A stretch of DNA of 63,891 nt, the filler included, from Folioceros fuciformis (taxonomy: Eukaryota): assembly GCA_049999805.1 (NCBI GenBank). It is 5 parts of 4 records of this genome, joined end to end, with 100 filler letters (N's around TTAATTAATTAA, not from the genome) between each part and the next. Parts side by side here need not be neighbours in the genome. Positions count along the whole stretch, not along the records: positions 1 to 22,014 come from JBNGIO010005936.1; positions 22,115 to 40,801 come from JBNGIO010005936.1; 3 more parts are not named here. One strand, written 5' to 3'. The position numbers and the translations under genes were made by a program. Shown in pieces: positions 18,291 to 28,954 of this stretch. Each line of letters begins with the position of its first letter. The first letter of the stretch is position 1. The notes beneath the pieces were generated by a model. The model saw only the letters and a program-made list of their open reading frames with translations. It searched no databases and was not told the origin of the DNA.

Positions 18291-19673
18291 TTAGTAACTG
18301 GGCGATCGGTGAGGTGTGCCCTTCCTTCTGTTCACGGAGGGTAGAAACATGACATGATCTTTGGGAGAGGCAGCAGCAGCGGCTTTGAAGGGCCCACTAT
18401 TTCTGCTCTTCTTCAGTGGAGGCGCTGGGGTTGGTGTGGACGAGACAGCGCCGCAACCTACGCTGTCATCCTGATCAGTAGATGCCGACGAGATTTCCGA
18501 TTGCGGCTTGTCCAACACGGAATTGGGAGACGACTCCTCTTCAATTTCCACCTTGCCAATCTTGTCGCTGTCCGGTGGCGAGCAGGGGCAGAAGTCTGTA
18601 AAGGGCAGACTGTTACAGCTTGGCATCAAACCCGCCCATTCCAATCCTTGGTTGATCGCGGCATCTACCTGAAGCACATATCATATCACTTCACCATTTG
18701 ACCTCAATTCACGCTCCTCTGCTAAGTGCGGCAAACCTGAGATTCCGCCATTGAGCTTACCTTGCAGGCCACGGAGCAATAGCGGTAAGCGTCTTGCAGA
18801 CTCCTGTCGCACGTTTCACACGAATTGCCCTGTCCTTTGGCAGGTCGGGGCTGAGGCCTCTGGTTTAGGAACACCACGCGCGCGCTGTTAATGATATAAG
18901 TCTGCAAGCACAGCGAGACCCCGAGGCATGAGCTACTAAATCTTGCATCGTGATCTCTCCCTCACTCTCTGAGACGCAACCTGGGTTCGTAGATTGGAGA
19001 TCCGAGAAGATATGACGCGACATTTTCGACCTCATACCTGCACTAGCGCGCAGTCCACCAATTTTTGGATGTCTTGGAGTCGAATTACATCATGATAGAC
19101 ATATCTTCGGATCTGAAAGTAGACTCCGAAATTTGAATCAAGAAGCTCAGAAATCAAGGAAGTCAGCTAACCGTACACCAAATACCGGGACTGAATTCTC
19201 TCGGCAATGGGCACATCTCCCACATCTAGCAGCAGCCAGCAAGCTGAGAAAGCGAAACAAGAAAACATTTGCCACGAGCACTACTGCGCCGGAACGGAGA
19301 AATCTGGCTGGCTTCGTACCTGGAGGAGACGGTGGGTCCGATGGGCAGAGAGGCAATGCGTGCAGATGCTGTCATTACAATCCAGACAAAAAATATTCCT
19401 CTCATTCTTCTTAGCAGCGGCGTGCTTGAGGCAGGGACTGAAGAACTTCTCCGTGAGCAGCGCCTCCAACCAATCTGGCCTTTGAGGCACTACAGTAATA
19501 GCATATCCCACCTGCACATGTACAGCCACCATAATTGAGCACCGAACCAGCAATCGCCGCGAATTCCACTGCCGTCAACACCAATTGGGAATGCCACTTG
19601 TGGCAGTTCTAGCAGACCAAACGAATTCCGAGCACGAAGCAAACATTGCGGCCGCAGGATCGTCCCATACCAT
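18291..19673 (-). CDS. PLATZ: PLATZ transcription factor (ATG-only first coding exon 19671-19673 plus four more exons)
   Basis: [15 protein letters not shown]...[12 protein letters not shown]...ICTHC...[17 protein letters not shown]...[19 protein letters not shown]...[21 protein letters not shown]-terminal [10 protein letters not shown]. Confidence 0.95.
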
Positions 19674-21252
19674 GTCTCGCCTCGACGCTGCAGAAAGGCC
19701 CTTTCGGCAGGGAGGAGGGGAAACGGGAGGAGAGGCGAGCCACGGTGCGCAGGCAACGCGTAAGGGACAATCGCGGTCGAGGGTGCGAAACCTCTCTCAT
19801 CTGGGCTGGCTGCCAGAGCTTGCAGCGAGGCAGAGAGAGGCCCAGGGAGCAGAGTGCAGCAGAGCAGCGCAGAGCAGAGCGTTCAGAGATCAGCGCGAGT
19901 CGCGGGCGGCGAAACCCAGTCCGTCCCGGCGAATGCTCCGCCACTCCGGCTCCCGCTCTCGCTCTTTTCAAACCCGAACGGGCTACGGTGATCCGATCCC
20001 GGGCGGAGAGCCGCCAATCCAGCCCACCAGTGGTAGAAAGAGTCCGTGCTCTGGCCCCCCTCTTGCCGGGATCCTGTGGACAAGGCTGAATTCGGACTCC
20101 ACAGATCCCAACCAGCTTCCGGCCCCCGGGCCAGCATACATCCAGTATGTAGCGGATGGCTTACACGCGGATAGGCTTTCTGGAACCAACTTACCCGGTC
20201 TCCGTACACACCACCTGACCGAGACTTCCAATCCCGAAGTTGGACGGCCGCGAGCTGCGAGCACCACACCCGCCTCGTCTCTGCCCTGTGTGTTATTAAG
20301 ATTTTAAAACATGACAGAAGTAGAAATATATGTGGATTCATGTTTTATTATATATTTAAAATAATTTTATTTCTGTTCAGGGTTCAGAAAGAAAGCATCA
20401 ATAAACACACAAGAGAAACTAATGGGAGAAAAGGCGTACATAGTTTATGGAAAAAGATAGACGATTCCATCCACCCAACAATGCAGAGAATTGACCCTAA
20501 GAGTGTATTTTATTGAAAAGAGATGGTAGATCCCATCTACCCAAAAATGAAAACCAAACAACATGAAAAGGGTTCAAGGCAGGACGAGGGATAAGCTCTA
20601 ACAAAGAGCTCTTAGCTTGTCATGTGAAATGACTAAGCACCTACCTACCACTACCAATGCCAAAAAAGCTGCCAAACGTGCAATTCTCATAATCTTGTAA
20701 TGCACATTGGCCATTCCTCTTTGTAAAGCAATGAAGACATGTTGCCAAAAGAATGTCACTATAGAGGAAAGGGTGCAAAACCTCATTGGGCATAATGCAC
20801 TTTCACACACTCTTTAGTAAGCCTTGAAAAGTCATTGCTTATTACTCCACCCCATAAGGTCTGAAGAAGCCTTGAAAAGTCCTTGCTCATTACCCCACCC
20901 CATAGGTCCAAAGAGTAAGGGGACAAAGACATGATCATCCATACAAAAGAGAGATAAGGGGATTATACATGCTAAGTCGATCTCACAACAAAGTAGGATA
21001 GCCTACCAATATGCTCAATGATTTACAATCAAAATATAAATTGTATGTATAAACATCATTAGGTAGATCCATCCAAAAATTATAAGACTTGTTCTAAGTC
21101 ATTTCACAATAGTATACTCAATTGATTTATAGTTAAATTATATATATCAACATCACTAGTTTGCCTTGGAGGTCTTCTACTTGCTGCAGCACCTCCATTC
21201 GCTTCCGTGTGAGCTCCTTTTCGGCATCCAAGGCCCGGTTTTGCTTCCTTCG

Positions 21253-21427
21253 GTAGCAATCTCGGTCCACAATGTGCTACATGCAGAGTAGCAATCTCGG
21301 TCCACGATGTGCTACTTGCAGGGTAGCAATCTCGGTCCACGAGGTGCTACTTGCAAGGTAGCAATCTCAGTCCACGATGTGCTACTTGCAAGGTAGCAAT
21401 CTCGGTCCACGATGTGCTACTTGCAGG
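21253..21427. repeat. Tandem repeat, 35-bp unit (gtagcaatctcggtccacgatgtgctacttgcaag) x5
   Basis: Units start at 21253, 21288, 21323, 21358 and 21393; each has an internal GTAGCA/TGCTAC inverted pair. Confidence 0.95.
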
Positions 21428-22394
21428 CCTCTTGAAGGTCTGCCTCCCACTTTAGCCAGACCATGCGTTCTTCTACGTGCGTGGCCTCCATCACAATCCC
21501 TTGAGTCTACAATAGTCAATCACACTCAGATTGCACCTCTCCCTACCTGCTCTACACTCCGAGTCTTGAGGTCCGTCAGCTCCTTTATGCAACCATCCCG
21601 CTCTTCCCGTAGCTTCGTGGACTCCTTTTGGAGTTCCGAGGTGAGCCCGATCGCTTGGTCCTTAAGGGTAGTTAACTGAGCTGCTAATTTCGGACATCCG
21701 ACTTCGAAGGTCAATGTTCTCACCTTCCCGAGCAGCAACTTGTCCGAAAGACCGGGCTAGGCCTTCAACGACTGAGGTCACAATCCCCTAGGCCGCATCT
21801 GTGGCTCCTTTGGAAGTGGCTTCAAAGTAGAACTAATAATTGGGCGGCAATTTCACCCTTCCAAAGGAAATCCAGTTGGCCTTCCTCATCACCTCTAGGT
21901 TGGTGATGCCTCCGTCGATGATGTCTTCCAAAATGACAGAGCAAGGTAGAACCTTCCTCCTGGCCGATTCTTCTTCACTCAATCTCAAAGCAGGGGGGGT
22001 ATAGTCCTTATAGGNNNNNNNNNNNNNNNNNNNNNNNNNNNNNNNNNNNNNNNNNNNNTTAATTAATTAANNNNNNNNNNNNNNNNNNNNNNNNNNNNNN
22101 NNNNNNNNNNNNNNCCGGCGCTCGTCAATCGGGTCCTCGCTTCACTGGCACGCTCGTTTCGTGCGTCACGGGCACCCACGTGGTGCCCGGTGGCGCCTAG
22201 GTGGCATCCAAGTGGCACCTAGGTGGCGCCTGCATGGCGCCCAAGTGGCGCCTGGGTGGCACCGAGGTGGTGCCCGCGTGGCGCCCAAGCAGCGTTGATG
22301 TGGCGCCCGCTGGCGCTCACATGGCGCCTAGGTGGTGCCTACGTGGCACCCCTCCCCCTCCTAGATGGCCATCTTCATGGTCTTGCTCCACAAC

Positions 22395-22692
22395 CTGCTC
22401 TGATACCAGTTGTAGGACCACTAGAGGAGCATGGTGGAGGAGAGGAGAAGAGGAGGCAGAGAGGAGAGGAGAAAAAGAGGTCACATTGAGAGTAGCTGGC
22501 AAGGGAGCTCAAGGGGGTATTTATACCCTCTAGAAGAGCTCCCTAGGAAGCTTCACAAGAAGCTCACAGGAAGCTGCGCAAGAAGCTTCCTACAGATTAG
22601 CTTAAGCTAATCTAAACTAATAATACTTAACTAAACACTAATCTTAGACTAAACACATTAGTCTAAGCACATTGGGCTTTAATAACCCTACA
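22395..22692 (-). mobile_element. 5' LTR (22411-22692, TGTAGG...CCTACA) with tRNA-iMet primer-binding site (22395-22408) of a minus-strand LTR retroelement
   Basis: Terminal inverted hexamers; the adjacent ctgctctgatacca is the reverse complement of TGGTATCAGAGCAG; a second LTR copy lies at 1-240. Confidence 0.9.
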
Positions 22693-23642
22693 ACCCCTAA
22701 AGCTAATTCAACCTTTGCCCCTCCTCGCCGAGTTGGAAATTGTAATTGGTGCGGAGCTGCCGGCCATTGGGCACGAGAGTGCCGCAAGAAAGAGGCCGGA
22801 GAGCCGCAGAAGGTTGACTTGTGACAAGCAGCCAGTATTGCCGTTAAGGGGAATGCTAGCACAATGGAGACAAAAACTGTAAAGATACTTATGGTTTGCC
22901 TCAACACCTAGTTGCATCAGGATGCGGGGTGGTATGTCGACAGTGGAGCCACCGCCCACATATACAACGATCGTACTCTATTTACCAAGCTGGATACTCG
23001 TCCTCTCAAGGAAAGGCTGTTACTCGGTGACGAATAGAGTAGATCCAGCCTACCAATCATGGAACAAGGCACTTGTGAATTTCCCCTCGAGGATGGTTCG
23101 GTGCTTACCTTGGAGCATGTGCTCCTAGTCCCAAAGATGGGCAAGAACCTGATCTCCATGACTTAGCTGCTAAAGCAAGGCAATCTTAAGTTGCTTGCTT
23201 CAAGGGGGTCATGCTACCTTTTCAGGACTACAAATCATGGCTTGTGCCTCTTTAGTGCCGTGCCTCCAGACGGCATGTACAGGCTCTCATTAGCCTTTAG
23301 AGGGAGCACATCAAAGAGGAGCGTCGCGCTCCATGGGAGATAGCCTCCACCACTGATCAAGTTACGTTCAGCTTAAGAGGGAGTGTTACGGAATGGATAA
23401 TCTGCTCGTAACCCTGCCGACTAGCTAGTTACTGTAGACCGTAATTAATAGTATTTAATAATCACGAACGGGTGTGCCTCTTCGGAAGAGACACCTAGTG
23501 CACTATTTAAGACACAATTTGTATACACTTTTGGCAGCTAAACATGAAATATCTTTCTGAGCATTGCATCTCGATCATGCAAGACTAGATGCAATCCTAA
23601 TCATGCTAGATTAAATGCAATCCTATTGCTAGGATTTTATCA
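22693..23642 (+). mobile_element. Internally deleted Ty1/copia remnant (gag zinc knuckle, protease, PPT, putative 3' LTR from 23384; right end approximate)
   Basis: CNWCGAAGHWAREC (CCHC), WYVDSGATAHI protease motif, VLLVPKMGKNLIS; the polypurine tract aagagggag is directly followed by TGTTAC. Confidence 0.8.
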
Positions 23643-23944
23643 GGTCTCTGCCCAGGGACTTCCAGACTCACAAATCTGGCCTTATTGGATGCTTTCCATA
23701 CATGAAAATGCCAATCCTTGGGAAACAAGTCAAACAAGACCCCGCGAATCAACCACACTCCTTCACTCACATTGTCAAGCCACTCCACTCATGCAAAACA
23801 CACTAGCGATCCGGCTCATAGCTCTTTATTAATTACGAAAAAATAAGGACAAGTTTAAAAATAGATATGTCGAGAGGGTCTAGGTTTTGGGGCACATGAT
23901 TAAAAATGGATAACTGACTGGGATATCATTGTTTCCAAATTGTA

Positions 23945-24129
23945 TCAAACGGGCTTTGTAGAATAGGATTGTTTAGTACAGACCATGTAGACCATGTAGA
24001 CCATGTTCTCTTTTATCGAAGCTATTAAACCTAGTGATATTCAAACGGGCTTTGTAGAATAGGATTGTTTAGCACAGACCATGTAGATCATGTTCTCTTT
24101 TATCGAAGCTATTAAACCTAGTGATATTC
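23945..24129. repeat. Tandem duplication of a ~90-bp unit containing a variable 9-bp sub-repeat
   Basis: tcaaacgggctttgtagaataggattgtttag...gctattaaacctagtgatat occurs twice; the gaccatgta sub-repeat is present x3 in one copy and x2 in the other. Confidence 0.9.
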
Positions 24130-24339
24130 TTCACCTACTACATAATTAAGCTGTCTTAAGACATCCTCCTTCCTTATAGTTCATTTTTGACTCTCATATA
24201 CATGAGAAAAGGCCTAATAGCTTTCCATCTCCTTGTTTGTTTTACATTCACATCTAACGAACTTGCATTACAAATAAATTACTTAACACCCACATATGAT
24301 ATTTATTCAATAGTGTATCTTCACAATTATAAGTGATGT

Positions 24340-24830
24340 AACTTTTAGTTCAAGGTTTGGTCCCCCTTGGGCATCACGCACCCTCTTCAATGTTTGGGAA
24401 AAGATATTACTTTCTCACATGGATTGCAAGTTTTGGGGGTTCTAGTAGGACCTCCTAATTTTATTTGTTGACATAACCTTGGAAGAAGACTTGGCTTACA
24501 TTAGGAACCTTGCTCTAATTGAAGAGTCTCATATAGTGTTTGGTGTTCTCTCTTCTTGCTTTGGGCAAAGGCCAGGTTATCTCATTGGAATAGATGTTCC
24601 TTCTCTAGCTTTCTTATCAAGTTTGAACAATTTTAATGATCAGGATGTGTAAGCATTAGAAGACAATATTTGCCTTAGAAGGATAGAATGTGCAACAAGA
24701 AATAAGCAACTTTGCCAATTTCCTTTAAGAGTGTTGGTCTTCTAGGCATGGAGGTCTCGTCCTCAACTACCTTCCTAGGTAGTTGGGCCCTCTTTGTTGA
24801 AAATATGGCTTCTCAGTTTTAATGTAGGAT
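24340..24830 (+). mobile_element. Degenerate CRE-like non-LTR retrotransposon RT C-terminal fragment
   Basis: Broken frames read GLQVLGVLVG, LEEDLAYIRNLALIEESHIVFGVLSSCFGQRPGYL and LPISFKSVGLLGMEVSSSTTFLGSWAL, matching the LG.P.G / LP...GG.GL...A.LGSWAL pattern recalled for CRE-type RTs. Confidence 0.6.
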
Positions 24831-25254
24831 TCTTCTCTTACTCAAAGAAGAGAAGAACTTCAACCCTTCATTTCAAGGCTTAAGGGGAGAGTATTTTGGA
24901 TCCCCTTGCAAGTATCTCTTAAGTAGGCTAGGACTCTCTAGGATAGATGCTTAGAGACAAAGAGAGCTTAAATCGACTCTTATACTATTCTTCTTCTTTG
25001 TGCTAGGGACTCCCTATCCTTAGAGCCCAAATCGACCCCTCCTTTGTGTAATCCTTGAATATCTTCTTCCTCTTCCGAGAAGTAGAAGTATTCGATGGTT
25101 TAGTCATTTCTAAGACTCAAGACTAAGAAGAGTTGTCATTAGGGAAAAGAATCAACGCCGACTGGCAGAGACTCAAATGATGAAGGAGGAACGACGCACT
25201 CGCACCATTACGTTCGGTCCTTCTTTAAGATACATACAGGGCCTGTCAAATGGT

Positions 25255-25357
25255 CCGTTCTGTTCAAGGTCCGATCAAACCTCCCGTTCTGTTCAAGGTC
25301 CGATCAAACCTCCCGTTCTGTTCAAGGTCCGATCAAACCTCCCGTTCTGTCCAAGGT
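25255..25357. repeat. Tandem repeat, 29-bp unit (ccgttctgttcaaggtccgatcaaacctc) x3.5
   Basis: Three perfect units plus a partial one, read directly. Confidence 0.95.
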
Positions 25358-25536
25358 GTTTTGCTCTGTGGTATGGCTCTCACCGTAAGGGGAGCTGAAT
25401 GCGCTGACTGACGTACGCCACTGCTGCAAAACGCGAATGAATCATTTGTACTATTGCTCTCCAAAACGCGGTCATTAAAACTTCGCCATGGTCATCATTC
25501 TAGACTTCACCGTGATCATTTCAGACTTCGGCGTGG

Positions 25537-27055
25537 TCATTCAGACTTCAGCGTGCGCATTGAGTCTTCCGTGGAATCACACATGTCTGGGATGTAGCGT
25601 TCCAACGCCTGCCAATCCACAAGTAAATCTTTAAAAACCATTCATGGCCTCAGCATCCAAGCATGACACAAGCCCAAACCCTAGAAGCAAGGAAGGCAAT
25701 AATCAACTAATCAGGACATGCCACGAGCTCAGATTCACGCCCTGGAAACCTGCGATCAGGACAACGAAAACTTGCATGGATTGTATCTGCAACTCCAAAC
25801 TTACGGAGATCAAGGATTGCACGCGAGTTGTCTGTACCTTCCTCTCTTGACGCACAGTCTCATTCACCTGAAGAAACACACACCGAGGCTTTTTGTTACG
25901 TGGTCCAAAAAATCAAACGTGCATCCTGACTAAGAGAGCGAGGAGTGCCGGCATTCACAGATATTAACCTTGATGGCATCAATCTCCAGTTGCACTTGCG
26001 TCAGTAGCTCCAAAAGCCTGAATTGTTCCTGCGCAGGCACAAATTCGAAGAATTGAGACGTAAAGAGGTGGATACAAACTGTATGCGGACAAATTAGATA
26101 GCATGAACCATCGACACGCAAATGAGAAATCCATAACTTCATTGATACGTGAACAAGCACATAATTTAGTCAGGAATGGGCGTGTAAATCACAGTCCAAG
26201 CATCAGAGGTGTATTGAAACCTGGCAGAAGAAAAGTACTTTCTGCTTTTCAAGCTTTTCATCGGTTGTTGTCCCTGCTTCCTTGAGGAAGTTGGCGGCCT
26301 CCTTCTCAAGCTGATCAACCTAGAAGCGAATCCGGGCGAGAGGACAAGTCAGGACAAAATTCGGACACATTCTTGCTAGCCATCCAGTGTCTCCCCTCCC
26401 TCCATCGTGTGCTGAATTTACCCCTTCCTGCTATTTGAGAACATTTGAGCAGAATTTTCAAACCTAGATTGAAACAAAGATCGGACCTTGCGAGTCACCG
26501 CAAGGACCATGCCAAGAGGGGTAGGCTGAGCAGTAGAGGCATCGCTCTTGCCAGCAGTGCCTTTCCGCGAACGCGCCTCTGCAGCCTCTGCGCGTAGCTT
26601 TCTGAGGTCTGCCAGGTTCAAAGGTTGGTTGGCAACCCGAGACCCGAGGGTGTCCGAGTCCAGTCCCTGATCCCTTCTGTCAGTAGTCTTCCCCCTCTTG
26701 GCATCCCGCCCTAGTTGCCGGCCTATGATTGCAAAACAAGTTTGATCATTTGGCGATGCAACAGCTAGCATTCATTCAGCTCCGGGTTTCCACTTGCATC
26801 CATGTTGTGCGTGACCTCAACCCTGGGCGTATCCTAGGAATCCAAGCCAATCACACTCCCCGTCTGACTGCAATCCCCCGTCTCAAGGCACGCTGGATAG
26901 AACAGGAAGGAAGGCAGCCTAAAACGACGTCTGTTGGTATCTCCACTCTCACCTCTGCGAGAGCTCACGAAGTGGCCGAAAAGGAAGACGGCTACAGCAG
27001 CCACTGCCACAAACGGCAGGCTCACCCACACGGGCTTGGCACGGTCCTCAAACAT
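25537..27055 (-). CDS. Putative BAG-domain co-chaperone with N-terminal transmembrane anchor (~6 coding exons)
   Basis: Phase-compatible splicing gives MFEDRAKPVWVSLPFVAVAAVAVFLFGHFVSSRR|GRQ...LGMVLAVTRK|VDQLEKEAANFL...|EQFRLLELLTQVQLEIDAIK|VNETVRQERKVQTTRVQSLIS|ALERY...; the helix pattern L-E-L-L...L-(E/D)-x-D...R..RK...RVQ is BAG-like. Confidence 0.7.
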
Positions 27056-28954
27056 GGCCCGCCTGTGCACACCAGATGGCCTCCGGCCGCCTGTCATGAT
27101 GCTACTGGAGTTCCTCATCCTGCACCGCCTGAAACGTAGGCAACGAAATGAAAACAACGCCCAAAAAATGCATCCATGCTACCACAAGATGCCCCCAGCT
27201 GCATCATGATCCTTGCACACAGCGACCCCGCCACATCGTACCGCAAGATAATCTTCCGGCGACCCTCCCGGGCCCTGGGCTCACACCAAGACCTTCTCCA
27301 TCACCGGACCCGACAGAGGAACAGGAGATCAAGGCAACTAGTGGCAATCCCGCCCAGGGCGGCCCTCAGGGCCGTCAATCCAGCCAACGAACGTGAGAGA
27401 GCATCCGTGCTCAGGACCGACCTCATGCTGGGGTCCTCTTTGACGGCAACGACAGGCTGCAGACTGCTGCTGGTGAAACCGCGGCAACAGGGTGGGACCC
27501 TGCGCCTGTTGGGTTACACGAGGCTGGGCCGCCCACAACTCCGGACTTACCCGGTTCTCGTGAGGACTCGAGAGCGGTGGGTGGATTAGGCTTAGAGACA
27601 ACGACCACCACGATCTCGTCCGGAAAGTTGTACTGCAGTGGGCTCTTAGCTTGGGACTTGCATGTAGTCGCTCCAGTTGCTTATCCGGTGGTTCTAGTGA
27701 GAGAACTGAAGTCCATCATTTTTGACTCAAGTCCAACAACGCCGGATGCTGGTGTGCTACCACAAATTCTTGCTTCATCACTATTCCCTCGTTGCAGCAT
27801 CCACTAAAATCATCCTCTTTATATTTGAGAACGTAGATTATGCGTGCTGTGAAGTGCATTTCAAGTGTGCTCTTCTTGTAAGGATGTACTCAATTCATCA
27901 CTAAGCAACTATGTACCCCATGCAAAAAAACATTGGGTAGATCTTGAGCTATGTACTCCATGCAAGAACATTTGGTAGATCTTGAAGGGCTTGTAATAAG
28001 CCCAAGATACCTACTTTCTAGGTTACATGTTGTGCATGTGCAGGAAGCTACCTAGGGCAAACTAAAGCCAATGCACACATACCTAAATTATCGATCAAAG
28101 ACTTTGGTGGCTCAAATATTGGATGGCCACCTAGCACTAGAACTTGGTTAGGTTTGTGTTCTTAAAAGGACTAGTCTACAAAATAAAATAAAAATTCTTG
28201 AAAAATGAATTATAATTATATTACATTTTTAATTAACTAAATATTATCATTTATAATAAGTGAGAATTTATTACAATTGACTTCCCCTAAAAGATGTTTA
28301 ATTGCGTGAGGTCTTTTTTTTTTTCCATAGAAAGAGATTCGGATTATCGCAGCTTGCACTGTTTGCAAGGTTACAAAGGGTTGTCGAAAGGGCTCGAGCA
28401 CAAATAAAGCCCTTAAATTCTACCCCTAATCGGATACAAAACAATTGACTCATTTAGGTGAGACACATCATGATGAGATCTTAGTACCTAACCTATTCAA
28501 GGGATGTAGAAGAGGCTACCCTTTGTGTGTGAGGTTTTAGATTTGAATGTTTAGGGTTTAGGTTTTAAATTTGAACGTCATATCACCATGTGATTGGAAG
28601 GGCCTAAACATGATTCTTCACTTCATATCGAGTCATTAAATACCAAGATATTGAATGTGAGATATGGGGAGGTTGGCATTATTAATGTACGAAGACATGG
28701 ATAATGACATGGCATCTATAGGTGTTGATATCCAAGTATAAGTGCTAAAGAGTACAATAACTTGGAACAAGAAGAGAACATGGAGACAACATTTGTGTCC
28801 ACTAAAGATAATAGGATTCACTATTCCTTTTAGTTGAAGAGGAGCTTTTAGATCATGTTGAAGAGGAAGTAGTACCCTACCAAGATGTAGGTAGAAGATG
28901 GTATGAAAGGTTTATAAGCTGGTACAACTTACTTTATCTAAAATCCCACATGAT

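Noticed and set aside
19585-20341. 240-aa and overlapping ORFs upstream of PLATZ
   Set aside because: GC-rich 5'UTR/promoter; low-complexity translations on both strands.
21253-21427. 35-bp partially palindromic repeats as a CRISPR-like array
   Set aside because: Units are head-to-tail with no unique spacers, there are no cas genes, and the context is eukaryotic.
22059-22070. TTAATTAATTAA flanked by Ns (also 40846-40857, 57856-57867, 62636-62647)
   Set aside because: The identical six-frame-stop linker is centred in fixed-length N runs, so it is a scaffolding artefact; adjacency across these gaps is uncertain.
25255-25357. 29-bp repeats as a CRISPR-like array
   Set aside because: No spacers; simple minisatellite.
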